IMG/VR virus record: IMGVR_UViG_3300007619_000002
Coordinates: 296 to 64,295 of that record
From: a virus
Lineage: Duplodnaviria > Caudoviricetes
DNA: 64,000 nucleotides
Strand: one strand, 5' to 3'
Shown here: piece after piece, positions 9,052 through 18,662 of the stretch
How positions within the stretch are numbered: the stretch's first letter is position 1
Layout of the letters: each line of letters begins with the position of its first letter
Notes under the pieces: model-generated
Seen by the model: only the letters and a program-made list of their open reading frames with translations
What the model was told of the DNA's origin: nothing
The model's database searches: none
Made by a program: the position numbers and the translations under genes

Positions 9052-9897
9052 TTACGACAGCGCGGCGGTGTCATCGAGACGAATCTCGACAATGCCGTCG
9101 GCGTCGATAACGACTGCGTTCATGGACATGGAGCCAACGCCCGACCAGCCCTGCTTCAGGTTCTCCCATGCCCACGTCGTGGCAACTTCGGAACCGATTG
9201 CATGGCCGACAGAGCGGCGGTGCCACATATAGTTCTTGACCTGCGTGGTCTTCACGCCGGGAAGGCGCGTCGACTGGAACCAGAACACCCGGTTCCACAG
9301 CTTCATTTCAAGACCTACATTTTTCCATGGCAGGTTGGTTGCACCGACATAGTCCGCGTTCGAGAACTGTTCGATCTTCATCAGATGCGACCACTGACGC
9401 GGCGTCACCGCGCAGTAGCACTGACCATCGGAATCGACCTCCTCGTCATCGAGAGCCTCGCGGGCAAGCAGAGCGGTATTCGCGGTCAAAGCCGCGGAAT
9501 AATCGCCGACCGTGTTGGTCGCGCCTGCCTCGAAGGCATCAATGATCTGGTCGTCAGTTTCACGAGCGAAGGCCCATGCCATATTGGCGACGTAGCTCTC
9601 ACGCACAGGCGTATTGAGCTTCGTCAGGTCGAGCTTATCGATCAGGACAGCGCCGTAGCGATCGATAAGCGGGCAGTCCACATAGCTGTGGTTCGGGTTC
9701 TGGATCGGAACGTCACCATTCCGTGCCTTGCCCGTGACAGACAGCGTTCCAATTTTCTGGAAGCGGACTTTCTCAGCCATGACATCCGCGTCGGTGCGTA
9801 CCAGACCACGGAACTTGGACTGCTTCTGCTGATAGTCCAAGTGAACGTCACGGTTGAATTTCACGATAAAAGCTTGGTCGATAGTCGGACCAGCCAT
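9052..9897 (-). CDS. Major capsid protein
   Basis: TID.AF...F..DV...YQQ..SK.R..VR N-terminus of the BPP-1/T7-like MCP family; strong SD; follows scaffold. Confidence 0.9.
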   Translation of the reverse strand: MAGPTIDQAFIVKFNRDVHLDYQQKQSKFRGLVRTDADVMAEKVRFQKIGTLSVTGKARNGDVPIQNPNHSYVDCPLIDRYGAVLIDKLDLTKLNTPVRESYVANMAWAFARETDDQIIDAFEAGATNTVGDYSAALTANTALLAREALDDEEVDSDGQCYCAVTPRQWSHLMKIEQFSNADYVGATNLPWKNVGLEMKLWNRVFWFQSTRLPGVKTTQVKNYMWHRRSVGHAIGSEVATTWAWENLKQGWSGVGSMSMNAVVIDADGIVEIRLDDTAALS

Positions 9898-9936
9898 ATC
9901 ACCCTCCATTGTGCTGGAAGGTTGAAATGCATCTTC

Positions 9937-10071
9937 AGGGTGCCCTCTCGGCCATACGCAAGGGTGCCCGCCTTAAGGCAGGTCTCGCGCGTGAGGCCGA
10001 GGTCAAGGTCTGTTGATTGCGGGTTAGGTGGGATAAAACCGGCAAGGTCTCTTTAAGAGGGTGCCCTGCCG
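9937..10071 (-). promoter_or_regulatory. Structured leader upstream of MCP with three GGGCACCCT copies
   Basis: AGGGTGCCC on + at 9937, 9961, 10058, associated with hairpins. Confidence 0.45.
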
Positions 10072-10078
10072 GATCTGT

Positions 10079-11068
10079 TTAGGCTGCGAAGCCTGTTCCT
10101 TGTGACCCCTGCATGGCGGTTGAGGGGTAGAGTTTCTTGTAAAGCGCGGTGAGCTTCGTGTGATAGGGCTCCTCGGAGGTCGAATGGCCCTTCTCGCGGG
10201 CCTCCGTCTCGATCGCGGTGATCTGTTCCTGAATGCCGTCGGCCTCGCCGGAGGCGTGCAGATTGCGGACACGCTGCTCCTCGGCCGAGATCCGGCCAAT
10301 CTTGGCCATTGCCTTCAGAAAGACGGGGTGATCGCCGACCAGCATTCCACCGGCGAGCGGCAGATTGACGAACTCACGCCAGCCCTCGGGCGTCTCGGCA
10401 TAGGCTTCGCCCGCGGATTTGGCAGATTCGATATTGGCGTCGAAGTCCGCGCCCCATTCCGCGCGCAGCTCTCTTTCGACCTGCTCACCGGCCTGATCGA
10501 TCTTGGCCTTGAACGCTTCCTCGCGCTTGCCGTCCATCTCCCGGAAGAACTTGACGTTGGTCTCGAACTGCGCCTGCGACAGGTGGTGCTCATGCGCGAA
10601 AGTCTTGTATTCCTCGAAGATGCCCTTGTCGACATCATCCAGCTCGACCGGCTTGTCGTCTTCGCCCTTGCCGAAATCAAATTTGTAGTCGGCCGAGTTT
10701 CGCGGCTTGCCGAGGCGCTGATAGAACTTGTCCAGATCCTCCGGCTTGGCGTCCTTGCCGGGCAACGGCACACGCTTGTCGAACTCGGACGACATCGAGG
10801 TGACGCCCTTCACGAACTCCTTGTCGTCGGTGTATTTCTCGGACAGCTTGGAAAAATCGGTCCGAATGGCCTCATCATCGAGGCTCGATGCGAGCTGGGC
10901 GCGCAAGGATGTCGGCTGAGCGGCGGACTTGGCCGCTTTGGCAGGCGGGTCCTTGGCGGGCGGTGGATCTCCAGCAGGTGGATCGCCAGCCGGATCTGCT
11001 CCGCCACCTCCACCACCGTCTTCGCCCTCGCGATAAATCGCACCCCAGCCCCAATTCCTTATGAACAT
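10079..11068 (-). CDS. Capsid assembly scaffolding protein
   Basis: Pro/Gly-rich N-terminus, P.....ED...FY..LG.P...DY, L..EWG..FD.N, G.HP motifs; upstream of MCP. Confidence 0.8.
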   Translation of the reverse strand: MFIRNWGWGAIYREGEDGGGGGGADPAGDPPAGDPPPAKDPPAKAAKSAAQPTSLRAQLASSLDDEAIRTDFSKLSEKYTDDKEFVKGVTSMSSEFDKRVPLPGKDAKPEDLDKFYQRLGKPRNSADYKFDFGKGEDDKPVELDDVDKGIFEEYKTFAHEHHLSQAQFETNVKFFREMDGKREEAFKAKIDQAGEQVERELRAEWGADFDANIESAKSAGEAYAETPEGWREFVNLPLAGGMLVGDHPVFLKAMAKIGRISAEEQRVRNLHASGEADGIQEQITAIETEAREKGHSTSEEPYHTKLTALYKKLYPSTAMQGSQGTGFAA

Positions 11069-11070
11069 GC

Positions 11071-11391
11071 TTACCCTCTTGCTGTAAATCTGTGCCGTTT
11101 GACGGTCGGTTTGAATTTGGCGTAATCGGTATTCAAGGCTTCAAGGATCTCGCGTGCGGCATCCTGCCGGGAGATCAGGTAAAGAGCGTCTTGCGGCCCG
11201 ACCGGGCTCTGCGGCGGCAGCGTGCCGTTGCGCAAATTGACGCTCATCATCAGGACCTTCTCGATCAGATGCGCAAGCACGCGCTGGCCCTGCTCGGTCG
11301 CGAACAGCTCGATATAGTCCTGCGTAATGGTGCGCTTTTGCTCCTCGGCGTCCTTGGAGGCGTCATTGGCTGAGGCGTAATCTACGGACAT
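11071..11391 (-). CDS. Conserved phage protein (Bbp19-like)
   Basis: Y..LF.T..GQ.VL.HL motif; between portal and scaffold. Confidence 0.6.
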   Translation of the reverse strand: MSVDYASANDASKDAEEQKRTITQDYIELFATEQGQRVLAHLIEKVLMMSVNLRNGTLPPQSPVGPQDALYLISRQDAAREILEALNTDYAKFKPTVKRHRFTARG

Positions 11392-11405
11392 GGCTTCGCG
11401 TTCCC

Positions 11406-13073
11406 TTATTGTGGCGGAGGCAGCAGACCCTGTTCACGCGCCTGAACTGCGCCCTCGACCCCCTGTTTTAAGGCCGGAGCGGCATCCTTGGCCACCGCCG
11501 CCATCGCTTGCGCCTGTTCAAGCTCCTGCCGCTGTTGCCGATTTACCATAACCTCCTCCATCGACCGGAGGTATTTCGGCGGCATCTTGAACTTGCCCCA
11601 GATGTCCCGGAAGGCCACATCCCAATTGAGATTTTCCTCCTGCGCCGCCCCCGCGCCGGGGATCTCGGCAAGCTGCGCGGTCGAACCGATGGCATTGAGC
11701 GACCGTGTCGCCTCGGCGATCTCACGCATGTCGGCAATATGATTGTCGAACAGATAGATGAGCTGCTCGCCCTCCAGCTCCTCAGGCGTCGGCGGGAACG
11801 CACCGCCGCGCAGCATGGTATTGAACACCCGGTCGAGAACGGGCGGCATGATTTCCGCCTCCACCCGCGCATAGACCGGCCCCAGCTTCAGGGCGACCAT
11901 CTGCGCGTGAGCAAGCTGATCGGCGTCGCTCATATTCTTCGGCGGTGGACCGATCAGGGCATCAGCATAGAAGATCCGGCCGATCTTGGTCTCCAGATAT
12001 TGCAGATATTCCGCCGTCATGGCCGGGTTCGAGCCGATCTCGACAGGCCGGAGCGGATCGCCTTGGAACTGGAAGCCCGATGAATCGAACGCGGTAAAGC
12101 CACCGGGGAACAGCTCGACCTCACCGCGCAGGATGTCCCACGGCCCCTGCATCGGCGGATTAGCCTGCTTCTCGGTGATCTCGCGCAGGGAAATCGAGAC
12201 GGCCTGTAGCAGGCGGGCATCTGCCAGTGCGCTCTCGGACTGCCCGCGCCCGAACGGTTCGCCGGAGCGGCGATACCAGAACACCGGAATGTAAGGGGTC
12301 TCATGATAGCCGCCCTCATCCAGCAGCTTCGACCCCTTGCACAAGATCCACAAGGATTTGAGCGGCAGGCGGCCCGGAGCCAGACCGAAGCGGGCATAGT
12401 CCTCATTGGGGATGATCGCCTGAACGACCTCGTATTTTTTGCAGCCCGCACTCTCGGTCGAGGGATTGCGATACTCATCCTGCATTTCATCGGGCAGCGC
12501 CTCCAAGCCGAACTCGGAGACCAAATCCTCGATGCTGAACATCCAGAAGCAGAAGGAGCGCGTGACCTTGCCGGATGAATCAAACTCGAAGACGTAGTTT
12601 TTCAGATTTTTGACTTGAAAAACAAAGTGTTTGGCGACACGGTCATAGGTCACATACATGACCGCCGTGCCGAATGCCGAAGCATCGTCAGCCAGCTCGT
12701 GCATGGATTCCTTGAACTTGGCCATCGAATCGGACAGCAAGGTGTACATGCGGTCAGAAGCCATATCGAGCCAGTGCTTGACATAGGGGATGTCGTACAG
12801 CTCCTTGCGCTTCGGCCTCATGCCGATCCACATCCGGTCCGCAGGACACATGGCCGAGACGAGTCCATCGGCAAGATTGCGGCGAGCCGTCTCGGGCCAA
12901 TCGTTCTGAATGTCTTCCTGAAGCTCGGTTCCCGGCGTGATTTCATCAATAAATCCCTTGCGGATATGATGAAAATAGTGGGCCAGATCTTCAAAGAGGA
13001 CCATCCATTGACGCTGTCCCTCTTTCAGCCGCTTGGCTCGGGCAACGAGCTTTGCCATTACATCTTGGGACAT
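11406..13073 (-). CDS. Portal (head-tail connector) protein
   Basis: 555 aa; A...LA.GL.S...P, FGTA, PY...W....GE.FGRG...AL.D motifs. Confidence 0.9.
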   Translation of the reverse strand: MSQDVMAKLVARAKRLKEGQRQWMVLFEDLAHYFHHIRKGFIDEITPGTELQEDIQNDWPETARRNLADGLVSAMCPADRMWIGMRPKRKELYDIPYVKHWLDMASDRMYTLLSDSMAKFKESMHELADDASAFGTAVMYVTYDRVAKHFVFQVKNLKNYVFEFDSSGKVTRSFCFWMFSIEDLVSEFGLEALPDEMQDEYRNPSTESAGCKKYEVVQAIIPNEDYARFGLAPGRLPLKSLWILCKGSKLLDEGGYHETPYIPVFWYRRSGEPFGRGQSESALADARLLQAVSISLREITEKQANPPMQGPWDILRGEVELFPGGFTAFDSSGFQFQGDPLRPVEIGSNPAMTAEYLQYLETKIGRIFYADALIGPPPKNMSDADQLAHAQMVALKLGPVYARVEAEIMPPVLDRVFNTMLRGGAFPPTPEELEGEQLIYLFDNHIADMREIAEATRSLNAIGSTAQLAEIPGAGAAQEENLNWDVAFRDIWGKFKMPPKYLRSMEEVMVNRQQRQELEQAQAMAAVAKDAAPALKQGVEGAVQAREQGLLPPPQ

Positions 13074-13086
13074 GCGCCTTCTCCCC

Positions 13087-13314
13087 CTAGTAGTTGGACG
13101 CCAGCGCGCCCATACCGAGACGACGGCGACTGGTCCCGCCTCCGCCGCTCACGCCGCGGGCACCACCCGGCGTCAACAGGGAAGACCGTGAGCCCTCCCG
13201 TTCATCTGCGTCGCGGCGGACGCGGCGCTGCGTTTCGACAAGCTCCGGGCTGTCCGGCTGCGGCACCGGGATGGGCGCGGCAGGCTTGGGCACTTCTGGG
13301 GTCTTGCTTTTCAT
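13087..13314 (-). CDS. Small virion protein upstream of portal
   Basis: Pro-rich then G.RS.LLT motif; synteny. Confidence 0.6.
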   Translation of the reverse strand: MKSKTPEVPKPAAPIPVPQPDSPELVETQRRVRRDADEREGSRSSLLTPGGARGVSGGGGTSRRRLGMGALASNY

Positions 13315-14795
13315 CGGAAGTTACTCCTCGACATGAAGTTTGCAGATTGGGAACGATTCTTGATCTTGCGATGCGCATGGCGCGTTCCGGTCACGACGAC
13401 CGGCCTGACGATCCTCTGGTCGCGCTGCGTCACGACCTCACCGCCCTCGCCGAGACCGAGCATGACGTATTGCAGCGCCTCGGCCACGTGGCTGTACTCG
13501 TTCTTGTTGGGCGAATCGGAAAACACATCGCCCTGCTGGGCAACGCGCCTGAAATTGTACTTGCCGCTCATGGCCGCGCGCAGCTTCACGCAATCCCGCG
13601 CAATCATCAGACGCGGCTTGCCGTCAACCATGCGCGTCAGCGTGCCCGCGACCGCCTCTCGGCGCAGCACCAACTGATTGTTGCCCGGTGCGGCGCGGAA
13701 CTTCACGCCATTGGCCGCCATGATCTGGAAGGTGGTGCGAATGTCATCGTCACCGGCATTACGCTTCTCGCCGATCGGATCACCCCATGCCCCGCCGATC
13801 GGACAGTCGGGGAAATGACGCGCAAGATAGCGCTTGATGGCAAGGGCAAAGTCCTTGGCTCCGACATCGTCCGTGACCAGCTCGCCGATCACCCGATAGC
13901 GGCCCCAGACATCGGACTGGAGAAAGACCGCGGCCGGTGTCAGACCAAAGTCCGCCCCCATGTAGATCGCCTCACCCTCGACCGGGCCGAAATCACCGAC
14001 ATGGTGGATGTCGGAATATTCCGGATAGACCGGCCGACCATCGGCGACATAGCCATATTCGGCCCCGAGATAGACCCTGATCCACTCCTCGGACTTGCCG
14101 GGGAGCTGGTTCTTGTAATAATTCTCCGACAGGTGATCGGAATTTTCGCGAAGCGGGTTCATCTCCCACTTGCCATCGACCTTAATGACGCCGCCCGGCT
14201 GACGATAGAAACCCCAATTGTCCGGCTGGGTCTTCTCCGCCAGCGTGTAGAGCCAGTGATCATCGTCGGGCATGTTGGTGTCCATGATGATCCCGACCCA
14301 TTCACGCAGCTTCTTGGCCGGATAACGATCGACACGACCGGTGATCATGTCGATGACCGCGCGCGGCACATCCTTGGCCTCGTTCACCCACGCGCCGGTC
14401 AATTCCATGCCGCGGATCTTGTTGGCCGCCTCCTGTCCGTCGAGGCCAAGAAAGTAGATGTCCGCCTCGACGCGCGTGCCATCGCCCACCGGGAAACGCC
14501 ATGCATGCGTCACCGGGGCGGTGGTCTTCCAATTGCCAAGCTCTGTGCCAAAATGCATCCGCCACGATGGCAAGGTCGTGGTTTCAAGCTCCGGCAACGT
14601 GTTGCGACAGACCAGCCAGCGGGATTGCCTGACCCCCTGATCGTTCGGGGCCTGCGCAATGACTCGGCGGAGGATCTCATAGCAACAGGCGGTGGTCTTG
14701 CCGGAACCCAGAGGTCCGAGCAAGACACGCATGAACCGCTCATCAGCATGAAACTGATCGAGGGTTGGCCCGGAGGGCGTATATTCGATGTTCAG
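13311..14795 (-). CDS. terL: Terminase large subunit
   Basis: Walker A GPLGSGKT, AWVNE, DTN, GADFG nuclease, GDP, SH.AEALQY; frame open upstream of ATG 14732 (CTG at 14795: NIEYTPSGPTLDQFH). Confidence 0.92.
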   Translation of the reverse strand: MNIEYTPSGPTLDQFHADERFMRVLLGPLGSGKTTACCYEILRRVIAQAPNDQGVRQSRWLVCRNTLPELETTTLPSWRMHFGTELGNWKTTAPVTHAWRFPVGDGTRVEADIYFLGLDGQEAANKIRGMELTGAWVNEAKDVPRAVIDMITGRVDRYPAKKLREWVGIIMDTNMPDDDHWLYTLAEKTQPDNWGFYRQPGGVIKVDGKWEMNPLRENSDHLSENYYKNQLPGKSEEWIRVYLGAEYGYVADGRPVYPEYSDIHHVGDFGPVEGEAIYMGADFGLTPAAVFLQSDVWGRYRVIGELVTDDVGAKDFALAIKRYLARHFPDCPIGGAWGDPIGEKRNAGDDDIRTTFQIMAANGVKFRAAPGNNQLVLRREAVAGTLTRMVDGKPRLMIARDCVKLRAAMSGKYNFRRVAQQGDVFSDSPNKNEYSHVAEALQYVMLGLGEGGEVVTQRDQRIVRPVVVTGTRHAHRKIKNRSQSANFMSRSNFR

Positions 14796-14807
14796 GAGAG
14801 GTGTTCC

Positions 14808-15128
14808 CTAAATGGGGAACTCACCATCGTAGATCGTGCCGTTCTCCGCCGCCTCTTCTTCAGGCGTACCGGGGAACTTGTCGTCGAAAATGGGCTCACG
14901 ACGCGCACGGCGGCGGGCGATCACCCAATCGACGACACATCCCACATGGATGACCGGACCCCCGACATTGACGACGAACTTGTCGCCGCGTGCAATGTCC
15001 GTCTGGCACTGAGGGCAAGTTCCAACCTTCGCATCACCCTCAGGGGTGCCGCGCAACGGGTATGGACTCTTCTTACGCCGCGAGCGGCTCGGCTTGGGCC
15101 GGAACATCGGCATGAGGGGCAACCCCAT
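14808..15128 (-). CDS. Hypothetical Zn-finger protein
   Basis: CPQC...H..C motif. Confidence 0.5.
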   Translation of the reverse strand: MGLPLMPMFRPKPSRSRRKKSPYPLRGTPEGDAKVGTCPQCQTDIARGDKFVVNVGGPVIHVGCVVDWVIARRRARREPIFDDKFPGTPEEEAAENGTIYDGEFPI

Positions 15129-15462
15129 TGGCTTTGGCGGCGGCTCGCTTGGCGGCTCTGGCTGCCTTGCGCGCGGCCTTTTCCTCTTCCGTCAAAGGCG
15201 GACGGCCGCGTTTGGGCTTGGCCTCCACCTTGGCTGTCGCATCCGGTTCGGTCTTGGCCGTCTCGACCATTTTCTCGCGATTCATGAGGACCAGCAAAAA
15301 CTGCGTCATGTTGAGCTGATCTTCGAACGCTGCGAAATGGGCTCGGCCACCGACCGTCACGACAACGATGAATCCGCCGAGCGTCCCCGGAAAAGCCTCA
15401 ACTTTTTCGATTTCACCCTTTGGCACGGCCCGTTTATAACTCTGAAAAGCACTCATGTTCAA
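15073..15462 (-). CDS. Hypothetical protein with AT-hook-like basic C-terminus
   Basis: KPKRGRPP motif, Ala/Lys-rich tail. Confidence 0.55.
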   Translation of the reverse strand: MNMSAFQSYKRAVPKGEIEKVEAFPGTLGGFIVVVTVGGRAHFAAFEDQLNMTQFLLVLMNREKMVETAKTEPDATAKVEAKPKRGRPPLTEEEKAARKAARAAKRAAAKANGVAPHADVPAQAEPLAA

Positions 15463-15697
15463 CTACCCTGTAGGTTTGAGGTGGAGATCCGAAGAGACTG
15501 TCTCCGGATGGGATGACCATCTGATGCGCGATCAGGCGATCAAGACGGTATTTCGAGATCTGTGTGTCGCTCTCAAGCTGCGGCTCGCCATCGGTCAGAT
15601 TGATGGTGACGAACCCGCCGCAACGCTTGATGAGGTCGAGAGATTTCCGATCGATTTCGGTGAAGGTGGACACGCGCATACCATTGCCTTTCAACAT
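15434..15697 (-). CDS. Hypothetical protein
   Basis: 87-aa ORF in operon orientation. Confidence 0.45.
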   Translation of the reverse strand: MLKGNGMRVSTFTEIDRKSLDLIKRCGGFVTINLTDGEPQLESDTQISKYRLDRLIAHQMVIPSGDSLFGSPPQTYRVVEHECFSEL

Positions 15698-15737
15698 GTC
15701 AGAGCTTATAAAAAGACCCTAACCAATGGAGGTTTTA

Positions 15738-15959
15738 ATGGGAACGCAGATTATCTTGGATAGGACTGGCGACACCAGACACGAATTCGATACAGGAGAC
15801 GCCAATGCCATTCAGCGTGCTAGCGAGCGGTTTAGCGAGCTTGTTGGGCGAGGTTTCTTGGCGTACACACCGGCAAAGGATGGCGAACCGGCCGCCAAGG
15901 TCCGCGCATTCGATCCGGACGCCACGACCATTTTCTCTCCGCCGCTTGTCGGAGGCTGA
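15738..15959 (+). CDS. Small protein ending in -LVGG
   Basis: SD GGAGG; GDT, FDP..., PPLVGG. Confidence 0.7.
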   Translation: MGTQIILDRTGDTRHEFDTGDANAIQRASERFSELVGRGFLAYTPAKDGEPAAKVRAFDPDATTIFSPPLVGG

Positions 15960-15963
15960 TCTC

Positions 15964-16875
15964 TTGGCGACGGCGGCCGAGCATCGAGAGCGCGCGGAAC
16001 GAACACTGTGTAACCACCTGCGGGCAGGCGTCCGCAGGTGCGTCGAACAGGATTTCCGGCACATCGGTCTTGAAAGGATCGAATACGACGCCAGAATGCA
16101 TGCCGTCCTGTTCACCATCGGTGAGGGCAACGGCCCGGACGATCGTCACATCCAGACCGGCATCCCTTGCCAAGCCATGGACGACCGCATCGTTCATGCG
16201 GTGCGCTATAGCGATGCGACGGCCTTCTTTCAATATTGCCACACCATCATTGCAGGGATGGTCCTCGACGAGATAGCCAAGCATCGCATCCGCAGCTTCG
16301 ACCAACAGGCGCATGACCGCCGTCTTGAACTCCTGCAAGCGCCGGAGACGGCTCACCCAGAGCATATCCGCAATCTGGAGCGCGAGCTTGAAGAGCAACG
16401 CGCCCGGATGATGCTCGCCCTCACACAGGCACAGGCACAGTACGGCATCGATCTTGGTCGTTTTGCAAATCCAAATCGGATTTCTCAGGAAGCCGAGCAC
16501 AAGGCCGATCGAACCCTTCGGGAATTCCTAACAGTTGCCCAGCGCGAGACATGGGACCATCATCGTTTCATCGTCATCCACGGCGGGGCCAGCAACAGCC
16601 CCTACATTCTGGTCGGCCGATCGCACACCAACATCTATCGCTCCGAGCTGAGCCACATGACCTTCTTTCGCGGACGCGCCCGCATGTTTCGCAAGCTCTG
16701 CTTCATCCCGCGCCAGCAGCTTCCGCTCGGCGACGTCATCCTCTTGCAGAAGCTGGCGCTGGAGACGAACGAGACCGAAACGCTGGCGCTGGCCAACAAT
16801 TTCGGCACGGCAACTGAATACGCCATCACATTGAAAAAGCAATGGGGCTTGAGAGAAAGGCACCTGACAGCATGA
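15964..16875 (+). CDS. Hypothetical protein (CF.P...LP.GD..L.QKLALE..E...L..AN domain)
   Basis: TTG start 8 nt after GGAGG formed by the upstream Gly-Gly codons. Confidence 0.65.
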   Translation: MATAAEHRERAERTLCNHLRAGVRRCVEQDFRHIGLERIEYDARMHAVLFTIGEGNGPDDRHIQTGIPCQAMDDRIVHAVRYSDATAFFQYCHTIIAGMVLDEIAKHRIRSFDQQAHDRRLELLQAPETAHPEHIRNLERELEEQRARMMLALTQAQAQYGIDLGRFANPNRISQEAEHKADRTLREFLTVAQRETWDHHRFIVIHGGASNSPYILVGRSHTNIYRSELSHMTFFRGRARMFRKLCFIPRQQLPLGDVILLQKLALETNETETLALANNFGTATEYAITLKKQWGLRERHLTA

Positions 16876-17237
16876 CCCACTTCCCGGCCAAGACCGATGA
16901 GCACGACCAGTTCTTCTGTGCCCTGCACAATTTTGCGATGGAGTACCATTTCGGCAATGTCGTGGTCCGGCGACTGCCGCAGGATCTATGGTGCGCCGAA
17001 GACGAAAACGGCTTTCGCCTCACCGCACACGAAGTCTTCGTTGGACGGCCGGATCGTGAGCACGTGACCGCGTGGATTCAGGACACGAGCCATGCCTTCT
17101 CTGATCTTCTTCGACTTCTTGCCGCGACCGGCGCTGATATTCTGCCACCTGTGCTCGTGCGTCTTCCGACGTCGCCACAAGAGCCGCGTCCTCCGACAGG
17201 CGTTTTTGCTGACGATAGTACAGATAAAGCTGTCTGA
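16872..17237 (+). CDS. Hypothetical protein
   Basis: ATGA overlap with upstream stop. Confidence 0.55.
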   Translation: MTHFPAKTDEHDQFFCALHNFAMEYHFGNVVVRRLPQDLWCAEDENGFRLTAHEVFVGRPDREHVTAWIQDTSHAFSDLLRLLAATGADILPPVLVRLPTSPQEPRPPTGVFADDSTDKAV

Positions 17238-17427
17238 GACCATCTGGGTCAGCGCCAATTTCCCTCACAAGCTCCCGAAGCTTGGGGTGCATTTTATCGA
17301 GAATACGGGTCTTTTCCTTGGCGATAAAGCTGTTGTCCTGCAGAATGGGGCCGTCCGCATCGATCAAGGCCATATGTTCGGCCATGCTACGCGGCTTCCT
17401 TCGCTTCAGGGTCCGGGCCATGCGCAT
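17020..17427 (-). CDS. Hypothetical protein
   Basis: ORF; 3' end overlaps a convergent gene. Confidence 0.4.
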   Translation of the reverse strand: MRMARTLKRRKPRSMAEHMALIDADGPILQDNSFIAKEKTRILDKMHPKLRELVREIGADPDGLRQLYLYYRQQKRLSEDAALVATSEDARAQVAEYQRRSRQEVEEDQRRHGSCPESTRSRAHDPAVQRRLRVR

Positions 17428-18115
17428 CTCCTGATATGGCGGAAGGGTCCCGACCGGGTATTAACGGGACCCTTCCTGAGGCTGGCCTCGGTCCTGCAAG
17501 GCCAAGTCGTTTCCATGTCGCGTAATCCCGCCCATCGGGAAGCGGATAGGGCAGGTCCTTCAACATGTAATTGTAGATGTACGATGCGATCGCTGAGCGG
17601 GAATAACCGAGCCGGAGACCAATTGCCTTGTAAGTCCATCCCTGCTTGATCAGCCTGTGTATCTCGGCAAGCTTGGCGCTGGATATGACCCTGTTCGCTT
17701 TACGGGACGCACGCCGCGGGCGCGGAAGCCCCCACCGCTCGACCAGCCCCCGGAGCACTCCGTCAGACACACCGAATCGCCTGTGAAGCTGGGCGTAGCT
17801 CAGCCCTTCCTTGATGGCGAGCCAGATCATCAGGCGCTGCCCCGCATGGTAGCGCAGACGGCATTCCTTCCAGATGTTTCTCGTCAGCGGGCAGATCCGC
17901 TCCGCCCGCTTCTTGCGGACCCTTGCATTAACGCAAAACGAGCAGTGCGGCGCGTGGCTCAGACATTCCTTCCTGAAGAAAAAATCTTCGATCGGACGCC
18001 AGACCTTGCAGATCTTGCAGACCTTGCCGGGCAGAGCCAGCTCCTTCTCAAGCCTCGCCCTCTGACGCGCCGTCAAGCCCTCGCCATTTGGCGCAAGTCC
18101 ATGTTGGATTGACAT
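17387..18115 (-). CDS. Zn-finger plus double HTH DNA-binding protein
   Basis: CKIC...CSFC and two HTH-like segments (GLSYAQLHRRFGVS; GWTYKAIGLRLGYSRSAI); true start probably near 18078. Confidence 0.6.
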   Translation of the reverse strand: MSIQHGLAPNGEGLTARQRARLEKELALPGKVCKICKVWRPIEDFFFRKECLSHAPHCSFCVNARVRKKRAERICPLTRNIWKECRLRYHAGQRLMIWLAIKEGLSYAQLHRRFGVSDGVLRGLVERWGLPRPRRASRKANRVISSAKLAEIHRLIKQGWTYKAIGLRLGYSRSAIASYIYNYMLKDLPYPLPDGRDYATWKRLGLAGPRPASGRVPLIPGRDPSAISGDAHGPDPEAKEAA

Positions 18116-18278
18116 TGACCTCCCTCACCACACAGCGAAGCTGTCCCTCATTTTCGAGGTCGAGCCGCGCCGGGAAGATGGAATACAGGCATGTTTCGCA
18201 GCACGGCGCTCCGGCCCTAGCAACCTGAAGCGCCCGATAAGCGCTGCGGCCAAGAGCATCTAATCGGTCAGATTCCAA
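18048..18278 (-). CDS. Small Cys-rich protein
   Basis: CCETC...C...C. Confidence 0.5.
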   Translation of the reverse strand: MESDRLDALGRSAYRALQVARAGAPCCETCLYSIFPARLDLENEGQLRCVVREVNVNPTWTCAKWRGLDGASEGEA

Positions 18279-18478
18279 TAGACCACACCGATGATGCCGA
18301 GAACGAGAGCGGCAAGGCCAGCCCTGAAGATGATGTCGCCCCCGATCGAAAAAACAGGGGACGGATCGATGAGATGCAGCCCGACCAGCGAGAAGCAGGT
18401 CAGGGCAATGCCGAAGCAGACGCCGACAACAACGCAGTACATCGGCCCATTAAGGACATATTTTCTCAAGAAATTCAT
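18260..18478 (-). CDS. Small membrane protein (2 TM)
   Basis: SD GGAGG; two hydrophobic segments. Confidence 0.6.
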   Translation of the reverse strand: MNFLRKYVLNGPMYCVVVGVCFGIALTCFSLVGLHLIDPSPVFSIGGDIIFRAGLAALVLGIIGVVYWNLTD

Positions 18479-18662
18479 GCTACCTCCAAAGGGAGTGGCG
18501 ATCAGGGAAGCAAATCGCCACTCCTCCCGTCTTGGGGGATCGGGATGTCCCGGCGAGGGGACGTCCGACCATACGAGACCTACAGTAGGTAATCAACCAC
18601 CCACCACCCAAATAAACCCAGTGTAACCAGAAGGCCACTCCACATCCAGATCTTGCCGCCTT

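Noticed and set aside
12615-15287. 890-aa + strand ORF and similar long antisense ORFs (8806-10056, 38611-39789, 55741-57225)
   Set aside because: Shadow frames of high-GC minus-strand genes (portal/terL, MCP, primase, virion proteins) with no recognisable motifs
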